Source: an uncultured Gammaproteobacteria bacterium (GTDB taxonomy: Bacteria > Patescibacteriota > Patescibacteriia > Magasanikbacterales > GWA2-37-8). From it: a stretch of 64,000 nucleotides of DNA. Of the stretch, positions 9,854 to 19,346 are shown piece after piece (positions within the stretch are counted from its first letter, which is position 1; each line of letters begins with the position of its first letter). The DNA lies in the NCBI GenBank assembly GCA_964641245.1, contig CAZXML010000004.1, forward strand, positions 5,418-69,417, read 5' to 3'. The notes under the pieces are model-generated. The model was not told the DNA's origin, ran no database searches, and worked only from the letters and a program-made list of their open reading frames with translations. A program made the position numbers and the translations under genes.

Positions 9854-10285
9854 ATGTCGGAAATTGAAAATAAAGAAGCGGCCCTGCAAAATTTTAGAGC
9901 GGAAATAAAAAAGATTAAGGAAAATTTTCCGTCACTTTTTGCTGTAGAAAATGTAGACGAGCTTCAAGCGGAAGAAGGCGAAGTTTGGGAAGAATTTAAA
10001 TTGTTATTCAAAAAAATTGAGACGGAGTTGTCGAAATATGATATGCAAAATAAAGACGTTCCGGCCGGTTTAATAAACGAAATAAAAAAGATGGCCATAA
10101 CTGTTGGCGGGAATCTATCAATGATAACAAATCCTAATAGAACGGAATTTTTGGCGTGGATAAATAATCGTTTGGCGGTTTTATCTATTAATTTACAGTT
10201 TCTCAAAAACAGCAAAGCAAACGAATCAACGTTAATGAAAAGCAGGGAAAGTTTGTTGGTGGAAAAGAAAGGTTTATTATTATAA
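9854..10285 (+). CDS. Hypothetical protein
   Basis: 143-aa ORF filling the dnaK-dnaJ gap. Confidence 0.55.
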   Translation: MSEIENKEAALQNFRAEIKKIKENFPSLFAVENVDELQAEEGEVWEEFKLLFKKIETELSKYDMQNKDVPAGLINEIKKMAITVGGNLSMITNPNRTEFLAWINNRLAVLSINLQFLKNSKANESTLMKSRESLLVEKKGLLL

Positions 10286-10292
10286 GCAAACC

Positions 10293-11369
10293 ATGTCCAA
10301 AGACTATTACAAAATCCTTGGTATAGATAAAAACGCTTCGGCGGAGGATGTTAAAAAGGCTTTTAAAAAAGCGGCCATGCAACATCATCCGGACCGGCCG
10401 GGCGGAAATGAGGCTAAATTTAAGGAGGTAAATGAAGCTCACCAGGTTTTAAGCGATGCGGAAAAACGCAAGCGCTATGATTCATATGGTTCGGATTTTG
10501 AACAGCAGGGCGGATTTGGCGGGGGAATGAATTGGGAAGATGTGATGCGCCAGGCTCGGGGCCAGGGTGGTCAGAGTCAGGATTTTGGTTTCGATTTTGG
10601 AGACTTGGGTGATTTATTCGGAGGCGGACGAAACCGCGGTCCAGCCAGAGGCAGAGATATTCAGGTTGATGTGGAAATTGAATTTAAGGAAGCGGCTTTT
10701 GGCGTAGAAAGAGAAATGTCTTTACGCAAACAAAGCAAATGTGATGTTTGTGGCGGTACGGGCGGGGAGCCGGGTACAAAAATGGAAACCTGCGCCACCT
10801 GTAAAGGTCAGGGAAAAGTGGTGCAAATGCAGCGGACTATTTTGGGTTCCATGCAAACGGTAAACACCTGTTCTGATTGCTATGGCGCCGGGAAAAAACC
10901 CGCCAAAAAATGCAAGCATTGCGACGGCAGCGGTGTAGCCACAAAAACTTCCAGTATAAAAATAAAAATTCCGGCCGGTATTGATAACGACCAGTCCATC
11001 AGACTGGAAGGCCACGGCGAGGCGGCCCCGCACGGTGGTGGCAGCGGTGATTTGTATGTGCGCGTGCACGTTAAACCCTTAAAAGGTTTTGCCCGCTCCG
11101 GTTATGATGTTTACACGGAAAAAGAAATTAGCTATCCGCAGGCCGTGCTTGGCGATCACATCGAAGTGGAAACTCTGGATGGAGAAGTAAAATTGGTTGT
11201 TCCCGAAGGTACGGAATCCGGCCAGCAAATCCGGATAAAAGGCAGAGGCACAAAATATCTGGACCGGAATGCCCGCGGCGATCATTATGTAAAAATAAAA
11301 ATCAGAGTTCCTAAAAAACTAGACAGAGAGACAAGAAAAAAATTGGAAGAACTCAAAAAGGAACTCTAA
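10293..11369 (+). CDS. dnaJ: Chaperone DnaJ
   Basis: J domain HPD, G/F region, four CxxCxGxG repeats. Confidence 0.98.
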   Translation: MSKDYYKILGIDKNASAEDVKKAFKKAAMQHHPDRPGGNEAKFKEVNEAHQVLSDAEKRKRYDSYGSDFEQQGGFGGGMNWEDVMRQARGQGGQSQDFGFDFGDLGDLFGGGRNRGPARGRDIQVDVEIEFKEAAFGVEREMSLRKQSKCDVCGGTGGEPGTKMETCATCKGQGKVVQMQRTILGSMQTVNTCSDCYGAGKKPAKKCKHCDGSGVATKTSSIKIKIPAGIDNDQSIRLEGHGEAAPHGGGSGDLYVRVHVKPLKGFARSGYDVYTEKEISYPQAVLGDHIEVETLDGEVKLVVPEGTESGQQIRIKGRGTKYLDRNARGDHYVKIKIRVPKKLDRETRKKLEELKKEL

Positions 11370-11383
11370 CTCACAGTTATTGT

Positions 11384-11893
11384 ATGTTGGATAAAATACG
11401 GCTCAAAAAAGAATTTGAAAAATTTTATAATACCCACATAGACAAAGTTTATCGCTTTGTATTTTTTCGCACCGGAGGGAATAAAGACTTGGCTCAGGAT
11501 TTGGTATCGGAAATATTTATCAAAGCTCTGGAACATTTTGCCGATTACGACCAGAAAAAAAGCAATTCCGCCTGGATTTTCACCATCGCAAAAAACCACC
11601 TGGCTAACTACTGGAGGGACAAAAAACCGGTTGGCTCGCTCCCCGAAGATGAGGAAGAGGCGAATGATGATTTTTGGCTAAAGTCAGCGGTAAATTCCTT
11701 TAAAAAGGAGGCAACCAAGAGGCAGGTCACCGATATCCTGGAAAAGCTTGATGAGAGTAGCCGGGAAATTGTAACTTTTCACTACATTTTAGGGTATAAC
11801 TACGCAGAGATAGCGGCTATGAAAAACATGTCCGAAACGGCCGTAAAAGTTGCCGCCCACCGGGCGATTAAAAAACTATCCGCACACATCTAA
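11384..11893 (+). CDS. ECF RNA polymerase sigma factor
   Basis: AQDLVSEIFIKA..WIFTIAKN (region 2); YAEIAAM..AVKVAAHRA (region 4). Confidence 0.9.
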   Translation: MLDKIRLKKEFEKFYNTHIDKVYRFVFFRTGGNKDLAQDLVSEIFIKALEHFADYDQKKSNSAWIFTIAKNHLANYWRDKKPVGSLPEDEEEANDDFWLKSAVNSFKKEATKRQVTDILEKLDESSREIVTFHYILGYNYAEIAAMKNMSETAVKVAAHRAIKKLSAHI

Positions 11894-11894
11894 T

Positions 11895-12506
11895 ATGTCC
11901 TTAAAGACCAGATACAATTTATTTAAAGCCAAGAGAAGCCTGTCACCGGACAGTCATTTTAAGGCTAAATTGCAGAAACAATTAAGCGCTGTTTGGGACA
12001 ATACTTACAATACTAAATATGTCTGGTATCAAACAGTATTCTTCAAGCATGCTACCGGTTTTGCTACTATGGTTTTAATGGCCGGAAGTTTGGGAACTGG
12101 CGCTTATGCTTATACGAGTCCGGAAGTCACCGAAGGTTCGGTTTTATACCCGATCAAAGAGAAATTGGAAAGCATTGAGGAGATAGCGCAAATTACTCCG
12201 GAAGCAAAGGCAAAGTTTTATTTAAAAAAAATTGAACGCCGTGAGGAAGAAAAAGTTGTTCTTAAGAAAAAAAATGTTGAGTTGAAAAAAATAGAAAAAG
12301 TTGAGCAATTAATAGAGAAGACCGAAGATAAACTGGATCAGACAGATAAAATTATTGAAAAAACTACCCACGATGTTAAATTACGCGAACAGGTTAGAGA
12401 GCGTCTTGAAGTAAGGTTTGAGAAAAGACGAGAAAAATTAGAGAAACAACAGGAAAGATTGAAAAAAATAGAATCTTCTAGGTTTGATCGTCCAGAGTCC
12501 GATTAA
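11895..12506 (+). CDS. Single-TM protein with DUF5667-like coiled coil; putative anti-sigma partner
   Basis: TM followed by EGSVLYPIKEKLESI; starts 1 nt after the ECF stop. Confidence 0.6.
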   Translation: MSLKTRYNLFKAKRSLSPDSHFKAKLQKQLSAVWDNTYNTKYVWYQTVFFKHATGFATMVLMAGSLGTGAYAYTSPEVTEGSVLYPIKEKLESIEEIAQITPEAKAKFYLKKIERREEEKVVLKKKNVELKKIEKVEQLIEKTEDKLDQTDKIIEKTTHDVKLREQVRERLEVRFEKRREKLEKQQERLKKIESSRFDRPESD

Positions 12507-12879
12507 CCCACCAGTCGGCTTCTTTGTTTCCCTCGCGCAGAATATGCCGGTAGGTTACTTTCTTAAAAGTGGTTGCCAAATTGTATGTTTGGATAAATAA
12601 TTTTTGCAAATTCGGTTCTTTTACTTTGTATTGCCGGTTCATTTGTTTTGTCACCAGTTCGCTGTCTAAAACACATTCCACTTCCGTTGCCCCCAATTCT
12701 TTGGCTTTTTTTAAACCGGAAATCAGGGCCGAATATTCGGCGTAGTTATTTGTTTGCTTGCCCAGGTACTCGCCATAACCGGCCAGTTTTTTTCCGGCCG
12801 CGTCTTTTATAATAACGCCGGCCGCGGCCGGACCCGGATTTCCGCGCGCTCCGCCGTCGGTAAAGATAATTACTTTCAT
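12478..12879 (-). CDS. rnhA: Ribonuclease HI family protein
   Basis: FTDGGARGNPGPA, TNNYAEY, DSELV and REGNKEAD motifs. Confidence 0.9.
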   Translation of the reverse strand: MKVIIFTDGGARGNPGPAAAGVIIKDAAGKKLAGYGEYLGKQTNNYAEYSALISGLKKAKELGATEVECVLDSELVTKQMNRQYKVKEPNLQKLFIQTYNLATTFKKVTYRHILREGNKEADWWVNRTLDDQT

Positions 12880-12888
12880 AAGTTTATT

Positions 12889-12965
12889 TGTCATCCTGAA
12901 CTTGTTTCAGGATCTAGGTATTTAAAATAGTTATCAAGAGATCCTGAAACATGTTCAGGATGACA
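12889..12965. repeat. Family A palindromic element
   Basis: TGTCATCCTGAACTTGTTTCAGGATCT..AGATCCTGAAACATGTTCAGGATGACA. Confidence 0.9.
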
Positions 12966-14333
12966 TTAGTAGGACAATTTCCAAATTCCTTCTTTATTTT
13001 TATCTTGATTGATATAGTACAAGATTTTATTTTCGGTGTCAGTGGAAGGATTTATTATTTTTTCATTAATAAAATCGTGGCTTACCAAATAATAGGGGAA
13101 CAGCACCGTGGTTTTGTTTGCCCATCCCAGCGCCAGCGTATTATATTTATCTATCGGCATAACCGCCTGCAAATGTTCTCCGGAGCGATTTAAGAGATAT
13201 GGATCTTCGCCTTCGCTGTATGTCCACACTTCCCACTGCGACCACATTAACCACCAATTATTATATTTAGAAATAAGAAATTTATCCGCGGATATTTTGA
13301 ATTTATTGGAATTAGTAAGAAGGATCATTTCCGAGCCATTAAGATTTTTTAACAAAACCGTATTTTGATGCGCGGCCAGAATTTGCAAATTCTCCGTTTC
13401 TGTTTGGCCGGTAGCCAAATTTATATCCACGGCATCCAGACGGTTAAGAACGGAGTTAAAACCCAGAGTGTCTTTGGTAATTTTGAATTGTTTTGTGGAG
13501 GTTTCCGCCTGCATGGTCCACAACTGGCCGTTTTCCATATACCAATCTATATAGATGTTCTTGGTTATGATTTGAGACTTGGCGGTGGCTGGAGAATATA
13601 AAAAAATGTTTTCCTTGGTGCTGAAATATAGTTGCGGGTCGGCTGTGTTTGCCCATTCAATTTTTTTGATGGGCGCATTATTTTTAACAAGGTCTGTTTG
13701 TTTTGACGGATTTTCCGCGTTAATAATTAAAAGCTTGGAGTAGGGAAAAGCGGCATCTCCGATTAGCGCATAATTATTTTTTTCAGCCCAACGGATGGCG
13801 ATTGGTTCGGCGCTGTTTAAACGGAATATGATGGAAGATTTTCCGGTATTATTGTCCCGCAACCAAACATCGGAAGCGGTCTTATTTTGGATAGTATATA
13901 TTATAAATCTGCCGTCAAAAGAAACGGCGTATCCGGTTATTTTTTCATTGATAAAAATTTCCGGTTTATTTTTTTTAATGAGGCTTAGTTCTTTTGTATA
14001 GTTGGTTTGTTTATTTTTTACTTCAATTTCCTTTAGCCAGTCGTAATACCCGGGCATAGTAATGCGCAAACTGTATTTGGCGGGGGCGATGTTATTTAAA
14101 CGAATAGGCATTTTATCCTCTAGTTTTATGCCGTTTAAATACACAACGGCATCGGCCGGTTCAACATCTATGCTAATGGCGCCTGTTTCCTTCAGCAAAC
14201 CACTCTGCCAATCATAACGGTAGCCGGCCGTATAAAGTATGATAATTGGTGAAATTACAAAAAAAGCGGCTAAAAAAACAATTAGCATTATTAGACGTAC
14301 TAAGTGGGTAAATTTTGTTCCGGGATATTCCAT
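12966..14333 (-). CDS. PEGA domain membrane-anchored protein
   Basis: N-terminal TM, YTAGYRYD..ETGAISIDVEPADAVVYLNG..GYYDWLKEI. Confidence 0.75.
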   Translation of the reverse strand: MEYPGTKFTHLVRLIMLIVFLAAFFVISPIIILYTAGYRYDWQSGLLKETGAISIDVEPADAVVYLNGIKLEDKMPIRLNNIAPAKYSLRITMPGYYDWLKEIEVKNKQTNYTKELSLIKKNKPEIFINEKITGYAVSFDGRFIIYTIQNKTASDVWLRDNNTGKSSIIFRLNSAEPIAIRWAEKNNYALIGDAAFPYSKLLIINAENPSKQTDLVKNNAPIKKIEWANTADPQLYFSTKENIFLYSPATAKSQIITKNIYIDWYMENGQLWTMQAETSTKQFKITKDTLGFNSVLNRLDAVDINLATGQTETENLQILAAHQNTVLLKNLNGSEMILLTNSNKFKISADKFLISKYNNWWLMWSQWEVWTYSEGEDPYLLNRSGEHLQAVMPIDKYNTLALGWANKTTVLFPYYLVSHDFINEKIINPSTDTENKILYYINQDKNKEGIWKLSY

Positions 14334-14408
14334 CTTGCAAATTATGCTAAATTTTAGTATACTTATATTAGTCTAAAATAGCAGTGAAGTCAAAGGCTAA
14401 ATCGAGGA

Positions 14409-14475
14409 TTGGCAATTAACAATTAACAAAAAGCAATCGATTGTTAATTGTTAATTGTTAATTGTTTTTTGTTAG
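14409..14475. repeat. Family C inverted heptamer array
   Basis: (TTAACAA-like)x4, TCGA, (TTGTTAA-like)x5, just upstream of murA. Confidence 0.85.
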
Positions 14476-14484
14476 TTATATTGT

Positions 14485-15789
14485 ATGTCCTATTTAGTTG
14501 TAAATGGAGGTAGAAAACTCAACGGAGAAATCGTTAATCAGTCTTCCAAAAATTCGGCCGAAGCCTTGCTTTGCGCCTCTTTAATGATAAAAGGGCCGGT
14601 TACTTTAACCGACGTGCCTCAAATTGAGGGTGTAAACAGAATTCTGGAGTTACTATCCAGTATTGGTGTAAAAATTGATCGTTCGGGAACAACGGTTCAT
14701 TTGGATGCGTCTGGAGAATTAAATTTAGATAAAATGGATCAGCATGCGGCTGAAGTCACCCGTACCTCTTTATTGCTTTTGGGAGCATTGGCGGCCCGGG
14801 AAAAAAAATACTTGCTTTACAAGTCCGGCGGCTGTCATTTAGGAGAGCGCACTGTTCGTCCGCACTTGTACGCGTTGCAAAAATTAGGAGTAAGTGTTGT
14901 TTCCAAGGATTGTTATTATGAAGTAAAAAATAGTCAGCCTCTTCACGCATCGCATGTTATTTTATATGAGTCTGGTGATACTACCACTGAAAATGTAATT
15001 ATGGCCGCAGTTTTGGCGCCTGGCGTCACCACTTTAAAAATGGCTTCGGCAAATTATCAGGTTCAGGATCTTTGTTATTTTTTAAATAGCGTTGGGGCAA
15101 ATATTGTCGGTATTGGCAACACCACTCTAACTATTACCGGTGTAGCAAAACTGAAGGCATCGGCAGAATATCCAATTATGCCGGATCCGATAGTGGCCAT
15201 GACATATATTTCTGTAGCTATCACTACTGCCTCAAATTTAACAATTAAAAATTGTCCGCTAGAATTTTTGGAACTGGAATTATATAAACTGGAAATAATG
15301 GGGCAGAAGTTTGTGGTTAAAAACGAAAGACTTTCCAAAAACGGGAAATTTCAAATCGTGGATGTGGAAATTATCCCAAGTAAATTAACAGCATTGCCCG
15401 ATAAAATTTACGGGCGTCCGTTTCCCGGATTGAACATAGACAATTTGCCTTTATTTATTCCGCTTTTAACGCAGGCGCGCGGCCGCACCATGGTTCATGA
15501 TTGGGCTTACGAAAACCGGGCCACTTATAGTTTGGAATTGCAAAAGCTCGGGGCAAAAATTACTTTGCTGGATCCGCATCGTATTTGGGTGGAAGGGCCG
15601 ACAGAACTTACGTCGGCGGAAATCACCTGTCCGCCCGCGCTTCGGCCCGCAGTCAATATATTAATCGCCATGCTGTCCGCCAAAGGCAAATCAGTTTTGC
15701 GAGACACCAATGTTATAGATCGCGGCTATGAAAACCTGTATGATACCCTTAACAAAGTCGGAGCAGATATTAAAGAAGTAAGCGAATAA
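14485..15789 (+). CDS. murA: UDP-N-acetylglucosamine 1-carboxyvinyltransferase
   Basis: SKNSA, GGCHLGER (catalytic Cys loop), PFPG, YENR and IDRGYE motifs. Confidence 0.93.
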   Translation: MSYLVVNGGRKLNGEIVNQSSKNSAEALLCASLMIKGPVTLTDVPQIEGVNRILELLSSIGVKIDRSGTTVHLDASGELNLDKMDQHAAEVTRTSLLLLGALAAREKKYLLYKSGGCHLGERTVRPHLYALQKLGVSVVSKDCYYEVKNSQPLHASHVILYESGDTTTENVIMAAVLAPGVTTLKMASANYQVQDLCYFLNSVGANIVGIGNTTLTITGVAKLKASAEYPIMPDPIVAMTYISVAITTASNLTIKNCPLEFLELELYKLEIMGQKFVVKNERLSKNGKFQIVDVEIIPSKLTALPDKIYGRPFPGLNIDNLPLFIPLLTQARGRTMVHDWAYENRATYSLELQKLGAKITLLDPHRIWVEGPTELTSAEITCPPALRPAVNILIAMLSAKGKSVLRDTNVIDRGYENLYDTLNKVGADIKEVSE

Positions 15790-15818
15790 TTATTTAATTG
15801 TCATCCTGAACATTTTAA

Positions 15819-15902
15819 CTATAGGGGCTAAAGCCCATATATTCTCATTAACTCGAAAATATTTTAGCAAGCTAAATATTTTACTCATTCATTTCGAATA
15901 TG
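15819..15902 (+). repeat. Family D hairpin element ending in the ctpA ATG
   Basis: CTATAGGGGCTAAAGCCCATAT.. shared with 26112; preceded by a family A remnant at 15799-15811. Confidence 0.8.
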
Positions 15903-17159
15903 GATATGTCGCCTATAAAACTTAGAGCAAAAAAATACGCGGGAGTTTATTTATCGGTAATACTTTTTATCGTATCTTTTGGCATGGGCATGATGGTGGA
16001 AAAAACATGGAATGTAAAAAAACAAAATGCTAATGATAACGAAGCTCTGCGGTTGGAGAAGCTTATGGCTTCTAACCGTGAAACCAACCATTCAGATTTG
16101 GACTTCTCGCAGTTTTGGGATGTTTGGGACAAGGTAAAGTCCAAGTATGTAAAAGAACCTGCAAAAGACAAGGAAATGTTTTATGGAGCAATTCAAGGCA
16201 TGGTGGCTTCTTTAGGAGATCCATATTCACTGTATTTTCCTCCCGCCGCCGCCGATGAGTTTGCTAAGGATTTATCTGGGGAATTGGAAGGTATCGGCGC
16301 CGAGATAGGCGTAAAAAATAATCAATTGCTTGTAGTTTCACCGCTACCGAATTCTCCAGCCGAAAAAGCAGGATTAAGGCCCGGAGATAGGATTTTGGAT
16401 ATTGATAACACGAGCACATTTGGCATGGATGTTAGTACGGCTGTCAGTAAAATCAGAGGTCCGGCCAATACAAAAGTAGTGCTTACCATCACCAGAGACG
16501 GTTTAACCAAGGCTATGGAAGTGACTATTACCAGATTAAAAATAAACGTTCCCTCGATATTATTTTCGATAAAACCCGGCAATATTGCCTATCTAAGAAT
16601 AATGCAATTTAACGGCGATACTACCGATCAGCTTAATAAATATATAAAACAAATTCAAACCAGGGGCAGTAAAGGTATTGTTTTGGATATGAGAAACAAC
16701 CCCGGAGGTTATTTGAGCGCGGCTATAGATATGGCCAGCGAGTGGGTAACCAGCGGTGCGGTGGTAAGTGAAAAAGGCAGGGACGGTCAAGGTAATGATC
16801 ACCTTACTCAAGGCACCCACCGTTTGTCAGGAATCAAAACCATAGCATTGGTAAATAAGGGTTCGGCTTCGGCGTCAGAAATTGTGGCCGGCGCTTTGCA
16901 GGATACCAAACATGTGATTTTAATCGGCGAGCAAACTTACGGCAAAGGTTCAGTGCAGGATTTTGAAACTTTTCCTGATGGTTCGGCGCTCAAGTTAACC
17001 GTAGCCGAATGGTTCACGCCGAACGGAAAAAATATAAATAAAGAGGGGATTAAGCCCGATATAGAAATAAAACAAGACTGGGAGAAAGAAAAAATAGGTG
17101 AAGATGTTGTTTTAAGCAAAGCTTTGGAATTAATGGCTTCAAGCACTTTCAAATGGTAA
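15900..17159 (+). CDS. ctpA: C-terminal processing peptidase, S41 family (PDZ)
   Basis: DPYS, GIGA, DMRNNPGG, SASASEI and TYGKGSVQ motifs. Confidence 0.93.
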   Translation: MDMSPIKLRAKKYAGVYLSVILFIVSFGMGMMVEKTWNVKKQNANDNEALRLEKLMASNRETNHSDLDFSQFWDVWDKVKSKYVKEPAKDKEMFYGAIQGMVASLGDPYSLYFPPAAADEFAKDLSGELEGIGAEIGVKNNQLLVVSPLPNSPAEKAGLRPGDRILDIDNTSTFGMDVSTAVSKIRGPANTKVVLTITRDGLTKAMEVTITRLKINVPSILFSIKPGNIAYLRIMQFNGDTTDQLNKYIKQIQTRGSKGIVLDMRNNPGGYLSAAIDMASEWVTSGAVVSEKGRDGQGNDHLTQGTHRLSGIKTIALVNKGSASASEIVAGALQDTKHVILIGEQTYGKGSVQDFETFPDGSALKLTVAEWFTPNGKNINKEGIKPDIEIKQDWEKEKIGEDVVLSKALELMASSTFKW

Positions 17160-17166
17160 TGTAAAA

Positions 17167-17237
17167 TACTAAGGTATTTTCTAGGCACACTCGGAAATGA
17201 AAACGAATTTTCATTTCTCTCGCTTTGCCCGAAGATA
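17167..17237. repeat. Family D-related 71-bp element
   Basis: Near-identical to 20985-21055; core CTCGGAAATGAAAA..TTTTCATTTCTCTC. Confidence 0.85.
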
Positions 17238-17292
17238 AAATCACCCCAGTCGCTTTTATGGCTGACTGGGGTGTGTTGCGTCCGGACAGTTT

Positions 17293-17838
17293 TCACTTCC
17301 GGTTTTTTTTCTCTTTCAAAGAATTCACATAAGCGGCGAGTTCGGCCAAGCACTTTGCGCTTGCCTGGGTGGGAATGCCGCCGAGGCGTAGGCCATTGTG
17401 AGCCTTATCAAGCTCCTTTTGCGCGGCCTGCAAGTTATCTTCGCCAGCTTTTTGCACTCGGCGAATCCAGTATTTATCATAGTCTAAATCGAAGAGGATT
17501 TCACGGATTTTAACATCCGTGCCCATTCCTTCATAAATACGAATTATTTGTTCTACCTCTTTCGCCTCAAAACTGGACTTGTTGATCACCAATTTGTGTT
17601 CTAACCACACGTCTTGTGGCAAACTGAGCAAAGCGCGTAAGAATTTATCCCAGAGATCAGTGTCCCGAAAGATGGTTATCATGCGCCAAAGATCATCTTT
17701 GGTCGCATCGGTAAGAAGCCGACCCAAAAATGGAGGGTCTTTTTTAACCAAATCATGGACGTATAGCCTGCCCCCGTCAAGATATATCGTTACCCGCAGT
17801 CTGGTTTTTTTCACTTCTTTTTTCATGGGCTCTCCCAT
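17293..17838 (-). CDS. Hypothetical protein
   Basis: 181-aa ORF; GGGAG lies upstream of the alternative ATG at 17826. Confidence 0.55.
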   Translation of the reverse strand: MGEPMKKEVKKTRLRVTIYLDGGRLYVHDLVKKDPPFLGRLLTDATKDDLWRMITIFRDTDLWDKFLRALLSLPQDVWLEHKLVINKSSFEAKEVEQIIRIYEGMGTDVKIREILFDLDYDKYWIRRVQKAGEDNLQAAQKELDKAHNGLRLGGIPTQASAKCLAELAAYVNSLKEKKNRK

Positions 17839-17901
17839 CGGTTTGGTTGTGAAAAAGCAGACAACACTAAATTAACCTTATCATAAGGTTAAAAAATGTC
17901 A

Positions 17902-17927
17902 ACCCCGCCCTTCGCGAAGGGCGGGGT
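17902..17927. repeat. Perfect 26-bp GC-rich palindrome downstream of era
   Basis: ACCCCGCCCTTCG/CGAAGGGCGGGGT. Confidence 0.7.
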
Positions 17928-17933
17928 CAATCC

Positions 17934-18815
17934 CTAAATCTTCTCTTCCCAGCGCCGGTCGGTTTCAACCTCTAACTGAAGAAATACTTTTTTACCAAGA
18001 GCCGCTTCCAGTTCCTTGCGCGCGGCTATGCCGATTTCCTTTATGGAACGGCCTCCGGAGCCGATAATCATTTTTTTATAACGGCTGTCGTATGTATAAA
18101 TAATGGCGTTGATTACAAAAACATCCGGTTTGTCTGTTATTTCCGAAACCTCCACATGAGTAGTATACGGTACTTCCTGGCGTAAGGCTTTAAAAATTTT
18201 CTCTCTGATTAATTCCGCCACCCAAAATTTTTCATCCATATTTGTAAGCTGGGTAGGAGGGTAAGTGGCTTCACCAACCGGTAAAAGTTCAAAAACTTTA
18301 TCGCGCAACGGTTGCACATCTCTATTTTGTTCCGCCGATAATTCAAAAACCGCGGTAAATTCATCGCTCAAAGCTTTATAGTCATCTAAAAAAACCTTTT
18401 CTTTTGTAGGCAGGTCGGATTTATTAATAACCAATAATTTCGGTATTTCCAAGCCTCTTATCATGGCCAAAGTCGCGCGTTCTTCGGCGCCTAAAGACTT
18501 AGTGGGGTCAACCACATAAATTACCATATCTATGGCCTGTAAAGATTCGTGCACGCGCTGGATTAATCTTCCGGAGAGAGGGTTGCCCTTATCCTTAAAA
18601 ACTCCGGGAGTATCCACAAAGATTGCCTGCCCTTGCGCGGTGTTTAATACTCCGTGTATAATGTTTCTGGTTGTTTGCGGTTTGTCGGTGACAGCGGCCA
18701 GTTTGGTGCCAACCAGCGTGTTCAACAAAGCAGACTTCCCTACGTTAGAGCGTCCGACAAGAGTTATAAAACCGGTTTTAAATTCGCTTTTAGGTTGTTC
18801 GGCGGGTAAAATCAT
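17934..18815 (-). CDS. era: GTPase Era
   Basis: GRSNVGKS, QTTR, DTPG, NKSD, and a KH domain (IIGSGGRSIKEIG). Confidence 0.97.
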   Translation of the reverse strand: MILPAEQPKSEFKTGFITLVGRSNVGKSALLNTLVGTKLAAVTDKPQTTRNIIHGVLNTAQGQAIFVDTPGVFKDKGNPLSGRLIQRVHESLQAIDMVIYVVDPTKSLGAEERATLAMIRGLEIPKLLVINKSDLPTKEKVFLDDYKALSDEFTAVFELSAEQNRDVQPLRDKVFELLPVGEATYPPTQLTNMDEKFWVAELIREKIFKALRQEVPYTTHVEVSEITDKPDVFVINAIIYTYDSRYKKMIIGSGGRSIKEIGIAARKELEAALGKKVFLQLEVETDRRWEEKI

Positions 18816-18896
18816 ACGATTTGCCTTTGTCTCTTATTTAAGAGTATAATAATCTTGACTATACATTAAATTACCAATTAAAGCAAGGCTTTGAGT

Positions 18897-19337
18897 ATGC
18901 AGGTGATTTTGATACAAAATGTACCCGGAATGGGCAAGATAGACGATATAAAAGAAGCCAGCGAAGGTTACGCCCGTAATTTTCTGTTTGCCCGGAATTT
19001 AGCCATCCCCGTAACCCTAAAAGTGCTGGCGGATTTAAAAATTCGTAAAAATAAAAAAGCCAAAGACTATGAAGTTGAATTACGTGGTGAGCAGAGTATC
19101 GCCGACAAATTGGACGGCTGGGAGTTGGTTTTAAAAGAAAAAGTCAGCACAGGAGGCTTGCTTTACGCCGCTGTTGGTCCGCAAAAAGTAGCTACCGAGC
19201 TGGTGAAAGCCGGTTTTGAAATTAGTAAAGACCAGATTATTTTAAAACCAATAAAAGAAACAGGGGAGTACAAAGCCAAAATTAAATTCCCTCACGGGTT
19301 GGAGGCGGAAATAAGAGTAATTGTTTCAAAATCTTAA
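18897..19337 (+). CDS. rplI: 50S ribosomal protein L9
   Basis: MQVILIQNVPGMG..GYARNFLF and PIKETGEY motifs. Confidence 0.95.
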   Translation: MQVILIQNVPGMGKIDDIKEASEGYARNFLFARNLAIPVTLKVLADLKIRKNKKAKDYEVELRGEQSIADKLDGWELVLKEKVSTGGLLYAAVGPQKVATELVKAGFEISKDQIILKPIKETGEYKAKIKFPHGLEAEIRVIVSKS

Positions 19338-19346
19338 TTTAATAGC

